IMG/VR virus record: IMGVR_UViG_3300027901_000001
Reading direction: 5' to 3' (one strand)
Length of the DNA: 64,000 bases
From: a virus
Positions within the stretch are counted from its first letter, which is position 1. Each line of letters opens with the position of its first letter. The position numbers and the translations under genes were made by a program. Below the pieces are notes generated by a model, which saw only the letters and a program-made list of their open reading frames with translations, made no database searches and was not told the origin of the DNA. Below are positions 1-9,590 of the stretch, in pieces.

Positions 1-58
1 CTGAGCAACGTTTCCGTTGATTTCCTTGGCCTCCTGGAGGCTCATTCTGGATCGTTCT

Positions 59-838
59 TCAGGCATACAGGCCCTTTTCCAGGTTGAACTTCTTGATGAC
101 CGCCCGCGCCTCCTGGTAAGTCTTCTCCGCGTTGAATATCCCACAGCCCCAACAGAAGCCCTCCCGGTCTAACAATTGCGGATGGCCGCCACAATCCTCA
201 TACTCTAGGATGAGCAGGATGGCCTCCGATTGATTGAGCAGCTCATACCAGCCATCTGCGGCCCGTAGAGGCACCTCGTCGGCGTCCCTGGGCTCACAGG
301 CACCACAGACCCCATCCTGGCGTCGGCCGCGCCACAAACGCCCCCTATAGGACCCCGGCAGCAGGTTGAAGTGCCGCTTACAGAACGGCAGTTCAGGATG
401 GCAGTCGACTGCCTCACACCCCCTGGCATGGCAACGGTGAACTGGCCACGCCTGCGGAGCTTCGGCCTTCGCGGCCCTCCTCTCCGTTTTCAGCGGCGTC
501 CCCGTTCTCCTGTACTGCCTCATCAAGCGAGCATGAGCGGCCTCAACCTTTGCCAAGGAGGTCCCCTCTATCTCGATCAAATTCGCCGCCAGCCACTTCC
601 TTATCCTTCCCCCTATAACGGCACTCCAGGCGTTATGATGATGGGGCTCTCCTACAACAGACTGAATAGCGGTTCGGATATCCTCCCCCGTAAAAACTTC
701 TCCTTCCGGGGTTTCACTAAACCAACCATCTATCTCAGCTTGCGCCGTATATTTCCACTCCCCGGCGTTCTCCGCGACACGCTCCATTCCCCTGTCGCGC
801 AGCTCTTCTCCGTTCGTCCGATCATCATCATCACACAT
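59..838 (-). CDS. Phage hypothetical protein; N-terminal helical domain fused to a Cys/His-rich putative Zn-binding domain
   Basis: 259-aa ORF; HHHNAW motif, then HRCHARGC...PFCKRH and CGGH...CWGCG. Confidence 0.7.
   Translation of the reverse strand: MCDDDDRTNGEELRDRGMERVAENAGEWKYTAQAEIDGWFSETPEGEVFTGEDIRTAIQSVVGEPHHHNAWSAVIGGRIRKWLAANLIEIEGTSLAKVEAAHARLMRQYRRTGTPLKTERRAAKAEAPQAWPVHRCHARGCEAVDCHPELPFCKRHFNLLPGSYRGRLWRGRRQDGVCGACEPRDADEVPLRAADGWYELLNQSEAILLILEYEDCGGHPQLLDREGFCWGCGIFNAEKTYQEARAVIKKFNLEKGLYA
400..413. repeat. Dispersed palindrome GGCAGTCGACTGCC, copy 1
   Basis: Exact 14-bp palindrome inside CDS 59..838 (encodes AVDC). Confidence 0.95.
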
Positions 839-850
839 AACAGCGGTGGC

Positions 851-1612
851 TCACTTATCCCAGCCGCGCAGCTTGGCCTCGCCATCATCTGGGTCCTCCG
901 GCTCAAGAGACTCGGCATCTTTTTCTGGCTCGCCTGCGGGCTCGGGGACATCATCTGCGGGCTGCGGAGCTTCTTCGGTCACAAGCGTTCCTATCACGTT
1001 CCCGTCCGCATCCTTCACGAAATGCCACCATCCCTCAACACCCATCCTGCTCCGCGCCTTTGTTTCCCTTTCGACTATCTCAGCCTCTTCTTTGGACAAA
1101 AACACGACCGGCTTGCCATCGTGCCTACCGGCCGCAAAAGGAACCTCTATCCTGAAATAGCGTTTCTCCGGCCTCATTCCTTCCTCAGAATGCGTGGCCA
1201 TCACGCGCCGTTGAAAATCGAGATACCTGGATAACAGCCGCTCCTCCCGCAACGTCGGGTCAAACCATCTGCGATACCGGTTCGGCAAAGGAACTCCACG
1301 CAAAGGGGGCTCGACCCGACGCAGAAATCGTTTCACCCCCCATATCAAATCCTCCACGTACGCTTCTTGCGCCCGCTTCTTCAGCCTGAAAAACATCCGC
1401 GCCCGGCGCTCCCAGAACCAGTGAAACAAATGCTTTTTCAGGATGGAAATAATCTGCTGCGTGTCGACTCCCGCATCCCCTTCCTGCTGAAGGGAATCCA
1501 GTAGCTCCGTGAATCTCTCGCTGGCTTCTCGCCTCGTATCCGACGAAAAAGGGGACTCCATTAGTTTTTGGAGTATGCCGATCAAATCGTCCAAACGTTC
1601 TCTTGAATCCAC
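851..1612 (-). CDS. Hypothetical protein with acidic tail
   Basis: 253-aa ORF tiling between neighbours. Confidence 0.7.
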   Translation of the reverse strand: MDSRERLDDLIGILQKLMESPFSSDTRREASERFTELLDSLQQEGDAGVDTQQIISILKKHLFHWFWERRARMFFRLKKRAQEAYVEDLIWGVKRFLRRVEPPLRGVPLPNRYRRWFDPTLREERLLSRYLDFQRRVMATHSEEGMRPEKRYFRIEVPFAAGRHDGKPVVFLSKEEAEIVERETKARSRMGVEGWWHFVKDADGNVIGTLVTEEAPQPADDVPEPAGEPEKDAESLEPEDPDDGEAKLRGWDK

Positions 1613-1623
1613 GTTTCCTTCTC

Positions 1624-1905
1624 CTAGTGATAATCCTCGTCCTCTCCCATGTGCAGCACCGGGTCATGCTCACCGTCAATCTCTTCCGGCAGCTCCCCCT
1701 CCACGCGCCTAAGAAGGCCGTCCACGTCTCTCAAATCGGCATTCCTTCTGAACGGCACGCCCGCCCTGTCGCCATCATCAGGCTGGAGTGGATCGAAATG
1801 AAGCGATGGCTCACGCGGTGCCAGCACCACGTCCTTTGTCCATTTCCATATCAGATACCGCTTCAGCCAGTAAAACGGCGACAGCCAGCGCAAAACCGTC
1901 ATCAG
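1624..1905 (-). CDS. Hypothetical protein (start MTVLRW)
   Basis: 3' part of ORF 1624..2244; ATG overlaps the stop of 1902..2393. Confidence 0.55.
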   Translation of the reverse strand: MMTVLRWLSPFYWLKRYLIWKWTKDVVLAPREPSLHFDPLQPDDGDRAGVPFRRNADLRDVDGLLRRVEGELPEEIDGEHDPVLHMGEDEDYH

Positions 1906-2393
1906 TGCACCTGCTTCTCTTCCGGCGCGGGCACCACGCCGTGCTCCTTGGGCGGCACGCGGGCGAACTTGATCAGCCTGCCCAGCGCCAGGGGCTCGCC
2001 GCAGTTCGGGCACGGATCGCCAACCTTGCTCTTGCCGCGCTGCTCCTCGGTGGGCTCGCACTCCTCGGCCAAGCACACCACGTCGAAGTGCCCGCACACG
2101 CGGCCCCAGCCGTCCGGGTAGCGCCCGGCCAGGCCGTTGAGCAGCCCCATGACCCGGACGCCCCACTTGCGCTCGCCCTGCTGGTACTCCTCCGGCAGCT
2201 CGCGCACCTGCACGGACGGGTGATCGGCCAGCGCCTTGTTGCACGGAACGTGCGTCCCGAACACCAGCTCCACGGTCGCATCGTAGTCCAGCGCCAGCAT
2301 CTCGTTGAGCAGCCCTACCATCCGATCGGCCAGGACCTCCTCCAGCATCTCATGGGCCGCCGCAATACTCTTTTTGGTAACGGTCATTTGCAC
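1902..2393 (-). CDS. Hypothetical protein with C-terminal Cys cluster
   Basis: 163-aa ORF; C..C, CPNCG. Confidence 0.7.
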   Translation of the reverse strand: MQMTVTKKSIAAAHEMLEEVLADRMVGLLNEMLALDYDATVELVFGTHVPCNKALADHPSVQVRELPEEYQQGERKWGVRVMGLLNGLAGRYPDGWGRVCGHFDVVCLAEECEPTEEQRGKSKVGDPCPNCGEPLALGRLIKFARVPPKEHGVVPAPEEKQVH

Positions 2394-2617
2394 GCCTTCT
2401 TGAGGTCTTTTAGAGCCGCCGCGATGTCCTCCAGCGCCTCAGCCTGTTTTTGCTGGGCTTTCACCATCTGCTGCCGCTGCTGACACTCGCTGAATTCCGT
2501 AGCCTTCCCGCGATTCTCGACCACCGCCACCACCACACACATCACGATAAACGTCACCAGCCAGCCCAGAATCATAGGGGGGAGGAAACGCACCCACTCT
2601 TTTAGAAAATCTCCCAT
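2384..2617 (-). CDS. Small membrane protein with coiled-coil tail
   Basis: Hydrophobic stretch MILGWLVTFIVMCVVVAVV. Confidence 0.65.
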   Translation of the reverse strand: MGDFLKEWVRFLPPMILGWLVTFIVMCVVVAVVENRGKATEFSECQQRQQMVKAQQKQAEALEDIAAALKDLKKACK

Positions 2618-3109
2618 TTAACCCTCCTGGCCTTCCGGCTGAGGCTCGGACTCGGCCTCTTCCTTTGGCGGTGGAAACGGCCGAATCTCATCGACCATTT
2701 CCAGCAGCTCGGTCTCTTGGAACAGCACACCGTCCGAAGCGTAGATGTTGGCCATCGCGTCCAGACGAAACGGCAACCGCATGGGCTTCCCGATCCGCAG
2801 GGTGAAGACACGGGACTTTTGCTCCACCTTGGGCGCGAACAGCACCACCTCGACCGTCCGGGCGTTCTGGAGCAAGTCGAACAGCATCGGCTGTTCTATC
2901 CGCTGCCCGGTCCACACCTCCAGGCCAAGCGGTGTAAACCGCATCCCGCAGTGCTCCGCGCCGACCTCTAGCGACTGGAAACCACGTTCACCCAGGTCCA
3001 GCGGCGGCCCATCCTTGGTGTAGAGCTGCCAGAACCGAGCGTGAAACCGGAATCCGAATAAGAATTCGTGTGGAACTGGTACCGCCATTTTCTCCTTCTC
3101 CTTCTCCAA
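2618..3109 (-). CDS. Hypothetical protein
   Basis: 163-aa ORF abutting 2617. Confidence 0.65.
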   Translation of the reverse strand: MEKEKEKMAVPVPHEFLFGFRFHARFWQLYTKDGPPLDLGERGFQSLEVGAEHCGMRFTPLGLEVWTGQRIEQPMLFDLLQNARTVEVVLFAPKVEQKSRVFTLRIGKPMRLPFRLDAMANIYASDGVLFQETELLEMVDEIRPFPPPKEEAESEPQPEGQEG

Positions 3110-3131
3110 TGGGTCCGCGTACGCGGCCCGG

Positions 3132-3368
3132 TTATCCGCAACAGCCGGTCGCCGTGGGCTTCCCGGTCTGATTCCCCTTCAGGCGGCTCATGGCAATCGC
3201 TGGCTGCTCCTTTTTCCAGCACTTCGGACAGACGGCCACGGCATTCGCCTCGTTCTCTCTCCGGCGCGTCATCCAGTGCCATCCTTCCGGGAGGGTCGTG
3301 CGCGGTCGCTGACCCTCAACCTCTTCTGACCATTCGCAGAAATAACAGACGTGGACGTGCTTGTGCAT
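3132..3368 (-). CDS. Small Zn-ribbon protein
   Basis: CYFC and CPKC pairs. Confidence 0.6.
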   Translation of the reverse strand: MHKHVHVCYFCEWSEEVEGQRPRTTLPEGWHWMTRRRENEANAVAVCPKCWKKEQPAIAMSRLKGNQTGKPTATGCCG

Positions 3369-3537
3369 GGCTTTCCCTCAGCCTCCCACGACACTTTATC
3401 ACGAGGAGGTGGCGGTTCGATATGGGCCGTCCGGAGCCTGAAAAGGAGCTGATCCACTGACTTACTGCTGCCCCGCCACTGGCACACCACCTGGATAAGC
3501 TGCCGCCGGGCAGCCCGGATCACTTCCTTGTCACGCT

Positions 3538-4650
3538 CTATCGACATGGATACTCATCCCAAATTCGTCCGTCCAACTCGCGCCCGGCCGCCTTCTTGCC
3601 GGTACGCCTCATCCAATGCAATCCACCGCCATAGAACTCGTATTTCTTCCCGTTCGCCTTGATAAACGTGTTCTTCCCGTACGGCTGCGCCGTCGGCAAC
3701 GGCATGTCGACGGTCACGTTCTCGGCTACTTCTTCGACGCCGACATGCGGCTTCCACTCGCCCCATTGCTTGAAGAGAAATGGTATCCCGGCGTGCTGGC
3801 ACTGGTCCCGGAGCGTGCGTACCCAATTCAGACTCATCGGCCGCCCCTTATGCCCGGATTCGCCACCAACCACTACCCAGCCCAGCTTCGGCCCCAACTC
3901 CTCCGCCATCACGCCGCCGTGATCACGCGGTGCGTACTCGCCGTTCAAGTACTCGTCCGGTATCAGAATCGCCCCGAGCAGCGGCTCGAAGCTGACCCAG
4001 TGCACCGCCGCCGGAACCGTCAACAGCGTCTCCACGCGGTCCATCGTACTGTCGTCCTCGACGCTGACTCCGAGCCAGACGTGCGGCAGCGGCCACCCCT
4101 TCGAGAGGTACCCGAACCCCATTCGGTTGATCGCCTTGTTGATCCGATCGGAGTGCTTCCGCGAATAGCTGTCCACGATGCAGGCCGCATGATGGGCGAT
4201 AGACGGGACCTTGTGCCGTCCCTGCATATCGTTCTCGGCCCATTCAAACCATTCCTTCATGCGGTCCGGTCGTTTTGTCAGCACCTGAAAGATGTGCTGT
4301 CGGCAAACCGCCATTATCCCGAACACGGCCGCGATGAACTCGTAGGGCACGTCCGGATGGAACAGGTCGCTCATAGAATTCACGAACACCTTGCACGGCT
4401 TCTTCCACTCCATCGGCCGGTGCAGCATCCCGTGGATCGGCCGCGCCTCTCCAACCCACTTCGGACCGTCCGGCGTCATCCGGGTCAGCCCCTCGTACCT
4501 GCCGCCCGGCTTGTCGAACCTGTGCGCGAAGGCTGCGGCGTAACAGTTCTTGCAACCCGCGCTCACGTGCGCGCACCCTCTGACCGGGTTCCAGACTTTA
4601 CCCGGAGAGCCGTCCTCACCTCGCGTCCACTCAATTTTTGTCGTACTCAT
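3538..4650 (-). CDS. Phage Gp37/Gp68 family (DUF5131) radical-SAM-like protein
   Basis: TKIEWT, WNPVRGCAHVSAGCKNCYA, FVNSMSDLFH, FQVLTKRP, WLGVSVE, VSFEPLLG, WVVVGGESG, FLFKQWGEW. Confidence 0.92.
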   Translation of the reverse strand: MSTTKIEWTRGEDGSPGKVWNPVRGCAHVSAGCKNCYAAAFAHRFDKPGGRYEGLTRMTPDGPKWVGEARPIHGMLHRPMEWKKPCKVFVNSMSDLFHPDVPYEFIAAVFGIMAVCRQHIFQVLTKRPDRMKEWFEWAENDMQGRHKVPSIAHHAACIVDSYSRKHSDRINKAINRMGFGYLSKGWPLPHVWLGVSVEDDSTMDRVETLLTVPAAVHWVSFEPLLGAILIPDEYLNGEYAPRDHGGVMAEELGPKLGWVVVGGESGHKGRPMSLNWVRTLRDQCQHAGIPFLFKQWGEWKPHVGVEEVAENVTVDMPLPTAQPYGKNTFIKANGKKYEFYGGGLHWMRRTGKKAAGRELDGRIWDEYPCR

Positions 4651-4662
4651 GCTACCCTTTCC

Positions 4663-5010
4663 CTAATAGTCCCTTCCACGCCTCCCGTTCCGGCGACCCC
4701 TATCGTTTCGGCCACCGCTATCCCATCCACCGCCCCGGCGCGGCCCGGTGCCCCGGCCTCGCTCCTCGCGCTCCCGCGCCTCGTTCACCCGGAGCGGGCG
4801 GCCATCCAGCTCGAAGCCGTCGAGCTTCTCCTGGGCGATGCGAGCTTCCTCAGTAGAGGACATGGTGACGAATCCGAAGCCCCTGGACCGACCAGTCTCG
4901 CGGTCCGTAACAATCTTGGCGTCGAGCACATCGCCATACTGCCTGAAGCAATCCGCAAGCGCGTCCTCGCTGGTGTCCCAGCTTATGTTACCCACGTACA
5001 ATTTCGCCAT
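4663..5010 (-). CDS. RNA recognition motif (RRM) RNA-binding protein with Gly/Arg-rich tail
   Basis: RNP2 KLYVGNISW, RNP1 RGFGFVTM, LDGRPLRVNEA, RGG-rich C-terminus. Confidence 0.95.
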   Translation of the reverse strand: MAKLYVGNISWDTSEDALADCFRQYGDVLDAKIVTDRETGRSRGFGFVTMSSTEEARIAQEKLDGFELDGRPLRVNEAREREERGRGTGPRRGGGWDSGGRNDRGRRNGRRGRDY

Positions 5011-5016
5011 TCTCGC

Positions 5017-5370
5017 TCAATTCCTTTCTGGTTCCGCCTCCTCAGAAAGCGGACTTTCGTTGTTCAATGGCTTTCTGCAAAAGCCACAGACCCATTTACC
5101 CCCGGCGCGCTCGGCCTTCCACTGTAGATGGCGCGAACACGTCGGCGGCTCTGACGGTAGCACCTTTTCTTCGGGAGGCTTCCGCCGAAACCAAAGTCTC
5201 TGCCACCAGGACAGTTGCTCGGACAGCTTCATCTTCCGCTGGAGGTCCAGGGCCACGCGCAGAGCGTCCTGCTCGGGCATCGGCCCCCTGGTGAAAACCC
5301 CAGTGGGCAGACTGGCCATGACGTAGAAGCCGCCCTTCCCGAACGTAACCTTGACCTGATACCGGCCCAT
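5017..5370 (-). CDS. Hypothetical protein (start MGRYQV) with C-terminal Zn finger
   Basis: ATG overlaps the upstream stop; CSRH...WVCGFC. Confidence 0.55.
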   Translation of the reverse strand: MGRYQVKVTFGKGGFYVMASLPTGVFTRGPMPEQDALRVALDLQRKMKLSEQLSWWQRLWFRRKPPEEKVLPSEPPTCSRHLQWKAERAGGKWVCGFCRKPLNNESPLSEEAEPERN

Positions 5371-5720
5371 CAGGGCTTCTCCACGATGAAAACGGCGGGC
5401 TGAATCTCCACCCTGGGAGGACTGGGCTTCTTCAAATGCTGCTTGTAGTTCCTGGCAGTAATGATCCCCCGCGTGTACCAGAACGCGAACGAGGCCGTAA
5501 ACTCCACCTGGTGCACAACATCCTCCAGCGTGAGCCCCAGCTCTTTCATGCCAACGGCATAATGCTCCATATACGCCCCAGCCTTCACCCACTCCTCAGC
5601 TTCCTCGACCGAAAACCCGGCCTCCTTCCACTTCCGGGCCACGTAGGGCACATCGTAGATGGTCTTGCCCTCCTCGAATGGAGGGTGCCGCCTGAGCATC
5701 TCCAGGTACTCGTCCGCCAT
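5370..5720 (-). CDS. Hypothetical protein
   Basis: 116-aa ORF, tiled. Confidence 0.65.
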   Translation of the reverse strand: MADEYLEMLRRHPPFEEGKTIYDVPYVARKWKEAGFSVEEAEEWVKAGAYMEHYAVGMKELGLTLEDVVHQVEFTASFAFWYTRGIITARNYKQHLKKPSPPRVEIQPAVFIVEKP

Positions 5721-6146
5721 CTACCGCCCCGACATGCGCTGGGCAACAATCTCATCGAAATGAACGGAGCCTGTCCCCTTACACTGCGGACACCGACCTG
5801 ACCCCTCGCAAGTAGGACACGGTGCCTTGGCCTGAGTGCGCCGCCGGAATATCTCCTCGCACTTCTCGTGCACCACGCCGTGTTTTACCACCAGCGCCTT
5901 CCCTTCCGGTACGGGTTTCCGACAAGACAAGCAGAGCATAATACCGTCCTTGTCCCGGCCCTCAATCCCTTCAAGCTGACGCTCCAGGACCTTGATGCGC
6001 CGGTCCTGCTCGTTCACTCCTTTGGCCAGACCGTTGGCCCGGCTTTCCTCGTTCTCCGCCTTACAGCCAGGACACTCCTCCTCCGTCCCCCGCATCTTCA
6101 TCAAGGACCCTGGCTCCCAGGTCAGGCCGCATTCATCGCAGTGCAT
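5721..6146 (-). CDS. Multi-Zn-finger protein with DnaJ-type CxxCxGxG repeats at the C-terminus
   Basis: CDEC..CPGC, CLSC..HEKC, CPTCEGSGRCPQCKGTG. Confidence 0.7.
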   Translation of the reverse strand: MHCDECGLTWEPGSLMKMRGTEEECPGCKAENEESRANGLAKGVNEQDRRIKVLERQLEGIEGRDKDGIMLCLSCRKPVPEGKALVVKHGVVHEKCEEIFRRRTQAKAPCPTCEGSGRCPQCKGTGSVHFDEIVAQRMSGR

Positions 6147-6183
6147 ATCTCACGGTTGTTACATGGTGGAGAGCGTTTGTCAA
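6147..6183 (-). promoter_or_regulatory. Sigma70-like promoter P1
   Basis: Minus strand TTGACAAACGCTCTCCACCATGTAACAA; -35 at 6178-6183 overlaps the stop of 6180..6521; weak -10. Confidence 0.45.
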
Positions 6184-6521
6184 CGCCTCGCCCTGGTTGC
6201 CGTCAACTCGGCCCGGAGGCCCCGAATATGGATGCCCCGCTGGAGCCGATCGGCCTCGGTCTCCAGGGGGTCGACCGGGCTGTTGGGGTCCGGCAGCACC
6301 AGCACCTCCAGCACCAGGTCGATCTGGCGCGCCGTCAGGGTCGTGACGCCGTTACGCAGGTACGCCTGGCAGGCGTCGGCCTTCTCCAGGAAGGTGCCCC
6401 GGTCGTCCATGTGGATCCGGGTGGCCGCCGCGATGGCATCGTTGGAGCCCAGCTCCAGCAGCCAGCGGGCGTACTCCGCCGGGCTCATCTTCGAGATACG
6501 GCGTCGCCAGGGGTCGGTCAT
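6180..6521 (-). CDS. Hypothetical protein
   Basis: 113-aa ORF. Confidence 0.65.
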   Translation of the reverse strand: MTDPWRRRISKMSPAEYARWLLELGSNDAIAAATRIHMDDRGTFLEKADACQAYLRNGVTTLTARQIDLVLEVLVLPDPNSPVDPLETEADRLQRGIHIRGLRAELTATRARR

Positions 6522-6524
6522 CGC

Positions 6525-6842
6525 TCACCGACCTGAAGACCGCTGCGGCGAATAAACCAGAGACCAATCCGATACCACAGCCAGCCGAACGGCGTCGGGG
6601 AGATGGACTCCACCACGATCAACCGGACCTGCACCGTCAACGGAAGCGTCTAATGACCGCCCATTTTTATCAGTCCACTTCAAATACAATCGCTTGTCAC
6701 AGATATGATAAAGAAGCCGTCCCATCTCAAGATAATCACGTGTCATCCGGTCTCGCAGGACGACAACCCTCGCTCGGACCTCCTCTTCCGAACTAAGGTC
6801 TATCGCCGTAATCGGTTCAAGTACCACGCCACTGATGCTCAT
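6525..6842 (-). pseudogene. Probable chimeric or truncated gene
   Basis: Composition and coding frame switch near 6650; a GC3-rich frame without an RBS (6518..6640) underlies the 3' half. Confidence 0.4.
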
Positions 6843-6903
6843 CGTCTTTTCCTCCTCTACTTTTTCACTTCTTCTTAGGCTGCCCGCGCTACTTTTACCG
6901 CCA

Positions 6904-7458
6904 TTACTCCCTTGATACTGTCACCGCCCCTCCTCTTTCTATCTCGCCCCACGCCGCATCTGCTTCACGAGCACTGCAACTAAAGTGATCCTGAAATCTC
7001 TTCTGCGCTTCCTTGGTTTCTATTCGTATCCATTCTGTCATTTCTTCTGCTAATTTATTTCTTTTATCCCGTCTATCCTTCATTTTTCTCCAAAAATCCC
7101 AGTCTTCCAAAGGGAAAGAGCCTCCGTCGCCTCTCCATCTTGCCAGCGCCTCTTTCCCTTTTTTTGACAAATCAATCGTCTTTACCCCATAGCCAACACC
7201 AGGCCCGTCGCAAGTAAAACCCATTAAATCAATTCTACGCATATAACTGCGAACGCCGTGGTACGGACTCGGCCTTCTGTCAGTAATGGAATACAACGTG
7301 TCGTCCAGGGTGGTTGTTTTGCCTTCAAAATTCACTAGATATCTGTATTTGTCCCACATACAGATAGCAAATTCCGTATAAGTTATATCTCCCTCGAAAA
7401 GCCCTAGAATTGTTAACGCCCTGGCAATATTAGAGGTAATCACCATGTCATCTGTCAT
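6904..7458 (-). CDS. Low-GC hypothetical protein (start MTDDMV)
   Basis: ATG overlaps the upstream stop; visibly AT-richer. Confidence 0.65.
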   Translation of the reverse strand: MTDDMVITSNIARALTILGLFEGDITYTEFAICMWDKYRYLVNFEGKTTTLDDTLYSITDRRPSPYHGVRSYMRRIDLMGFTCDGPGVGYGVKTIDLSKKGKEALARWRGDGGSFPLEDWDFWRKMKDRRDKRNKLAEEMTEWIRIETKEAQKRFQDHFSCSAREADAAWGEIERGGAVTVSRE

Positions 7459-7949
7459 CACCGCCTCCTTTTCCAGCGCTTCTTCCGCTTCCTCTTGGGC
7501 CGCCCACGCCACTCCTTCCAGAACGCGGTTCCCGGCCCGTGGGTCCGGACCTTCTCGACCACCTGCTTGCACTGCTCGATGTTCATCTCGAACATATGCG
7601 CCTCATCGGCAGTCAGCTCCATGACCTCCATCAGCCAACCGTAGGCCCCGGTCCGGCTGCAATGCCCCTCCTGCCAGATAGGGTCGAATGCGCCGTGCGC
7701 CTGGTTCCGCCAACCCTGTAATTCCCGCGTGCGCGGACGCCCGCGTGGGGAACCATTCTCGTTGGCCGGGAGAACGCCGTTGCAGTCCGGAAACCGGGAA
7801 CAGCCGTAGAACCAGCGCCCGAGCTGGACGGACCAGCGCAGCTCCAGGACGCCGTCACAGCCTGGCTCGGCACACCGGAGGCCCTCCACACTACCCGTCG
7901 GCTTCGGCGGCTCCTTGGGCTGCTCAGCGCCTGCAAACAGCATCGGCAT
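7458..7949 (-). CDS. Topoisomerase-type C4 Zn finger plus DUF3268-like domain
   Basis: CAEPGC...GRWFYGCSRFPDC, then LQGWRNQAHGAFDPIWQ...AYGWL...AHMFEMNIEQC. Confidence 0.75.
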   Translation of the reverse strand: MPMLFAGAEQPKEPPKPTGSVEGLRCAEPGCDGVLELRWSVQLGRWFYGCSRFPDCNGVLPANENGSPRGRPRTRELQGWRNQAHGAFDPIWQEGHCSRTGAYGWLMEVMELTADEAHMFEMNIEQCKQVVEKVRTHGPGTAFWKEWRGRPKRKRKKRWKRRR

Positions 7950-8161
7950 TACTGCCCCTTTTCTCCCGGACTCTCTTCACCCCTTTCCTTCAAACTCAGA
8001 AGAGAAACCTTCCTGGCCAACTTCTCCTTCAAACAGCAGGGATGGGCCACGATACGGAACCTATCCACGTCATCGGCCTTGAAAGCTACATGGCCATGCA
8101 CGGGACAATCGTAGAGATAGCACCGGACGCCATCTATCATTGCCTCGGGGTGCCCAAACAT
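7949..8161 (-). CDS. Small hypothetical protein
   Basis: 70 aa, CPVHGH. Confidence 0.55.
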   Translation of the reverse strand: MFGHPEAMIDGVRCYLYDCPVHGHVAFKADDVDRFRIVAHPCCLKEKLARKVSLLSLKERGEESPGEKGQ

Positions 8162-8164
8162 TCC

Positions 8165-8725
8165 CTACCCCCGAACGAGCTGCCGGGCCATCTTGAACAC
8201 ATCGCTGTCCAGGCAGGCCACCACCGTCGCCGCCGCGTCGAATCCGTGCTCCCACTGGCCCGCCGGACACTTCTCCTTGAACTTGTCGAACTGGCCCGGA
8301 TACCGGGCCTCCATAGTATCCTGAACCATTTTCTTGGTCACCGTGGCCTTGCCGCACAGCTTCTTCTTGATGGCCTGGGGCGACGCCTCCGTGAGAGGGG
8401 TGCCATGCAAGGCCAGGAGCGTGATCCAAACACCGTCGGCAATACCGATCTTGTGCGCGGAGCTGGAGTTGCGCGGCAGACTGGTGGACTCGGCCGCCCC
8501 CGCCACGGGCCTGAAGAGATCGAAAACCCCAGCCAGCTCCCCGTAAATCTCCTGGCCGCGCCGGTGGTTGTCGGACGCCGCCAGCACAACCTTCTTCTTG
8601 GCGTCCTTCTTGGTCTCGATGACCCCGACTTTAACCACGCGCTCGCCCACGGCTGTCAGCTCGAAAACCGCGTATCCAAATTTCGCAAACCCCCGGTCAG
8701 CTCCTATGACAAAAACGCCGCTCAT
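8165..8725 (-). CDS. ruvC: RuvC-like Holliday junction resolvase
   Basis: VIGADRGFAKFGYAV, AES, SPQAIKK..CGKATVTKKMV, EHGFDAAA. Confidence 0.82.
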   Translation of the reverse strand: MSGVFVIGADRGFAKFGYAVFELTAVGERVVKVGVIETKKDAKKKVVLAASDNHRRGQEIYGELAGVFDLFRPVAGAAESTSLPRNSSSAHKIGIADGVWITLLALHGTPLTEASPQAIKKKLCGKATVTKKMVQDTMEARYPGQFDKFKEKCPAGQWEHGFDAAATVVACLDSDVFKMARQLVRG

Positions 8726-9411
8726 TTCTTGCCTCCGCAGCGGTGCACATCGAGCCCGCTGACCTTGCTGTGGACTTTGTAGTCCGCCAACCTATAAAGC
8801 TCCGTGTAGTGATGGTTCAGCGTTACAAAGCCGCCCTCCAGCAGCTCCGCCTTATAGACCTTCGCCCCACATTTCGGGCAGACCTGCTCCAGATTCAACA
8901 TCCGTATCGCGTATTCAACGTGGTGCTCTTCCAGGCCACGCTCCATCCGAGTCCGAACCTGACGCAGGTTGACGCGGATGTTATGCAGCTCATCATCATC
9001 CAGAACCACATAGATAAACTCCGGCCCGCGCCCGGCCTGCTCACGTTCGACCAGCCACCGCGCAATCTCATCGCCAGTCTTGGACCACCTGTCGTTTCCC
9101 TTCTGGAAAGGCTCGGGGGTGTAGTCGATCACCTCTCCCTTGAAACCGCGCTTCTCCAGTAACGCCTGCATCTCCTCGATGGTAAACCGCTTGCGCCAGG
9201 TTGAAGAAATCACCACCTTCGCCTCGGTCTCCTCAACGATGCGATTCAGCAGCGCCACCTTCTCGGGATCGATTTGGTGCGGCCCGTACCACTCGCTGGC
9301 TGGGATAACAAGGGGGGACTCCTTAAGCTGCGCCGTGCGCTCCTGCTTCTTGGCGGCCACGTAATCCTGGTAGTTCAGCACGCCGTCGATATCGAGGAAG
9401 ATGATTTTCAC
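8722..9411 (-). CDS. HAD-family phosphatase (Swiss Army Knife RNA-repair-like HAD)
   Basis: KIIFLDIDGVLN, VVISSTWR, EIARWL, YVVLDDD; GTG start overlaps the upstream stop. Confidence 0.88.
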   Translation of the reverse strand: MKIIFLDIDGVLNYQDYVAAKKQERTAQLKESPLVIPASEWYGPHQIDPEKVALLNRIVEETEAKVVISSTWRKRFTIEEMQALLEKRGFKGEVIDYTPEPFQKGNDRWSKTGDEIARWLVEREQAGRGPEFIYVVLDDDELHNIRVNLRQVRTRMERGLEEHHVEYAIRMLNLEQVCPKCGAKVYKAELLEGGFVTLNHHYTELYRLADYKVHSKVSGLDVHRCGGKK

Positions 9412-9590
9412 TTCCACAGCTCCTTCCACCAGTGAATCAACGCAAGGTAAAGAGCCAAAAAAGCAGCACCCTTCGTAGTAAGCTCGCCGGTTTCGGTTAT
9501 CCAAAAAATGTATCCCATGACCGCGAACATCCCGATCCTCATCCCCCACGTCAGCGAGGCGTTGACCTTCTTCAGGGTCGCGTCCTTCAT
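9408..9590 (-). CDS. Small two-TM membrane protein
   Basis: Two hydrophobic segments in 60 aa. Confidence 0.6.
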   Translation of the reverse strand: MKDATLKKVNASLTWGMRIGMFAVMGYIFWITETGELTTKGAAFLALYLALIHWWKELWK

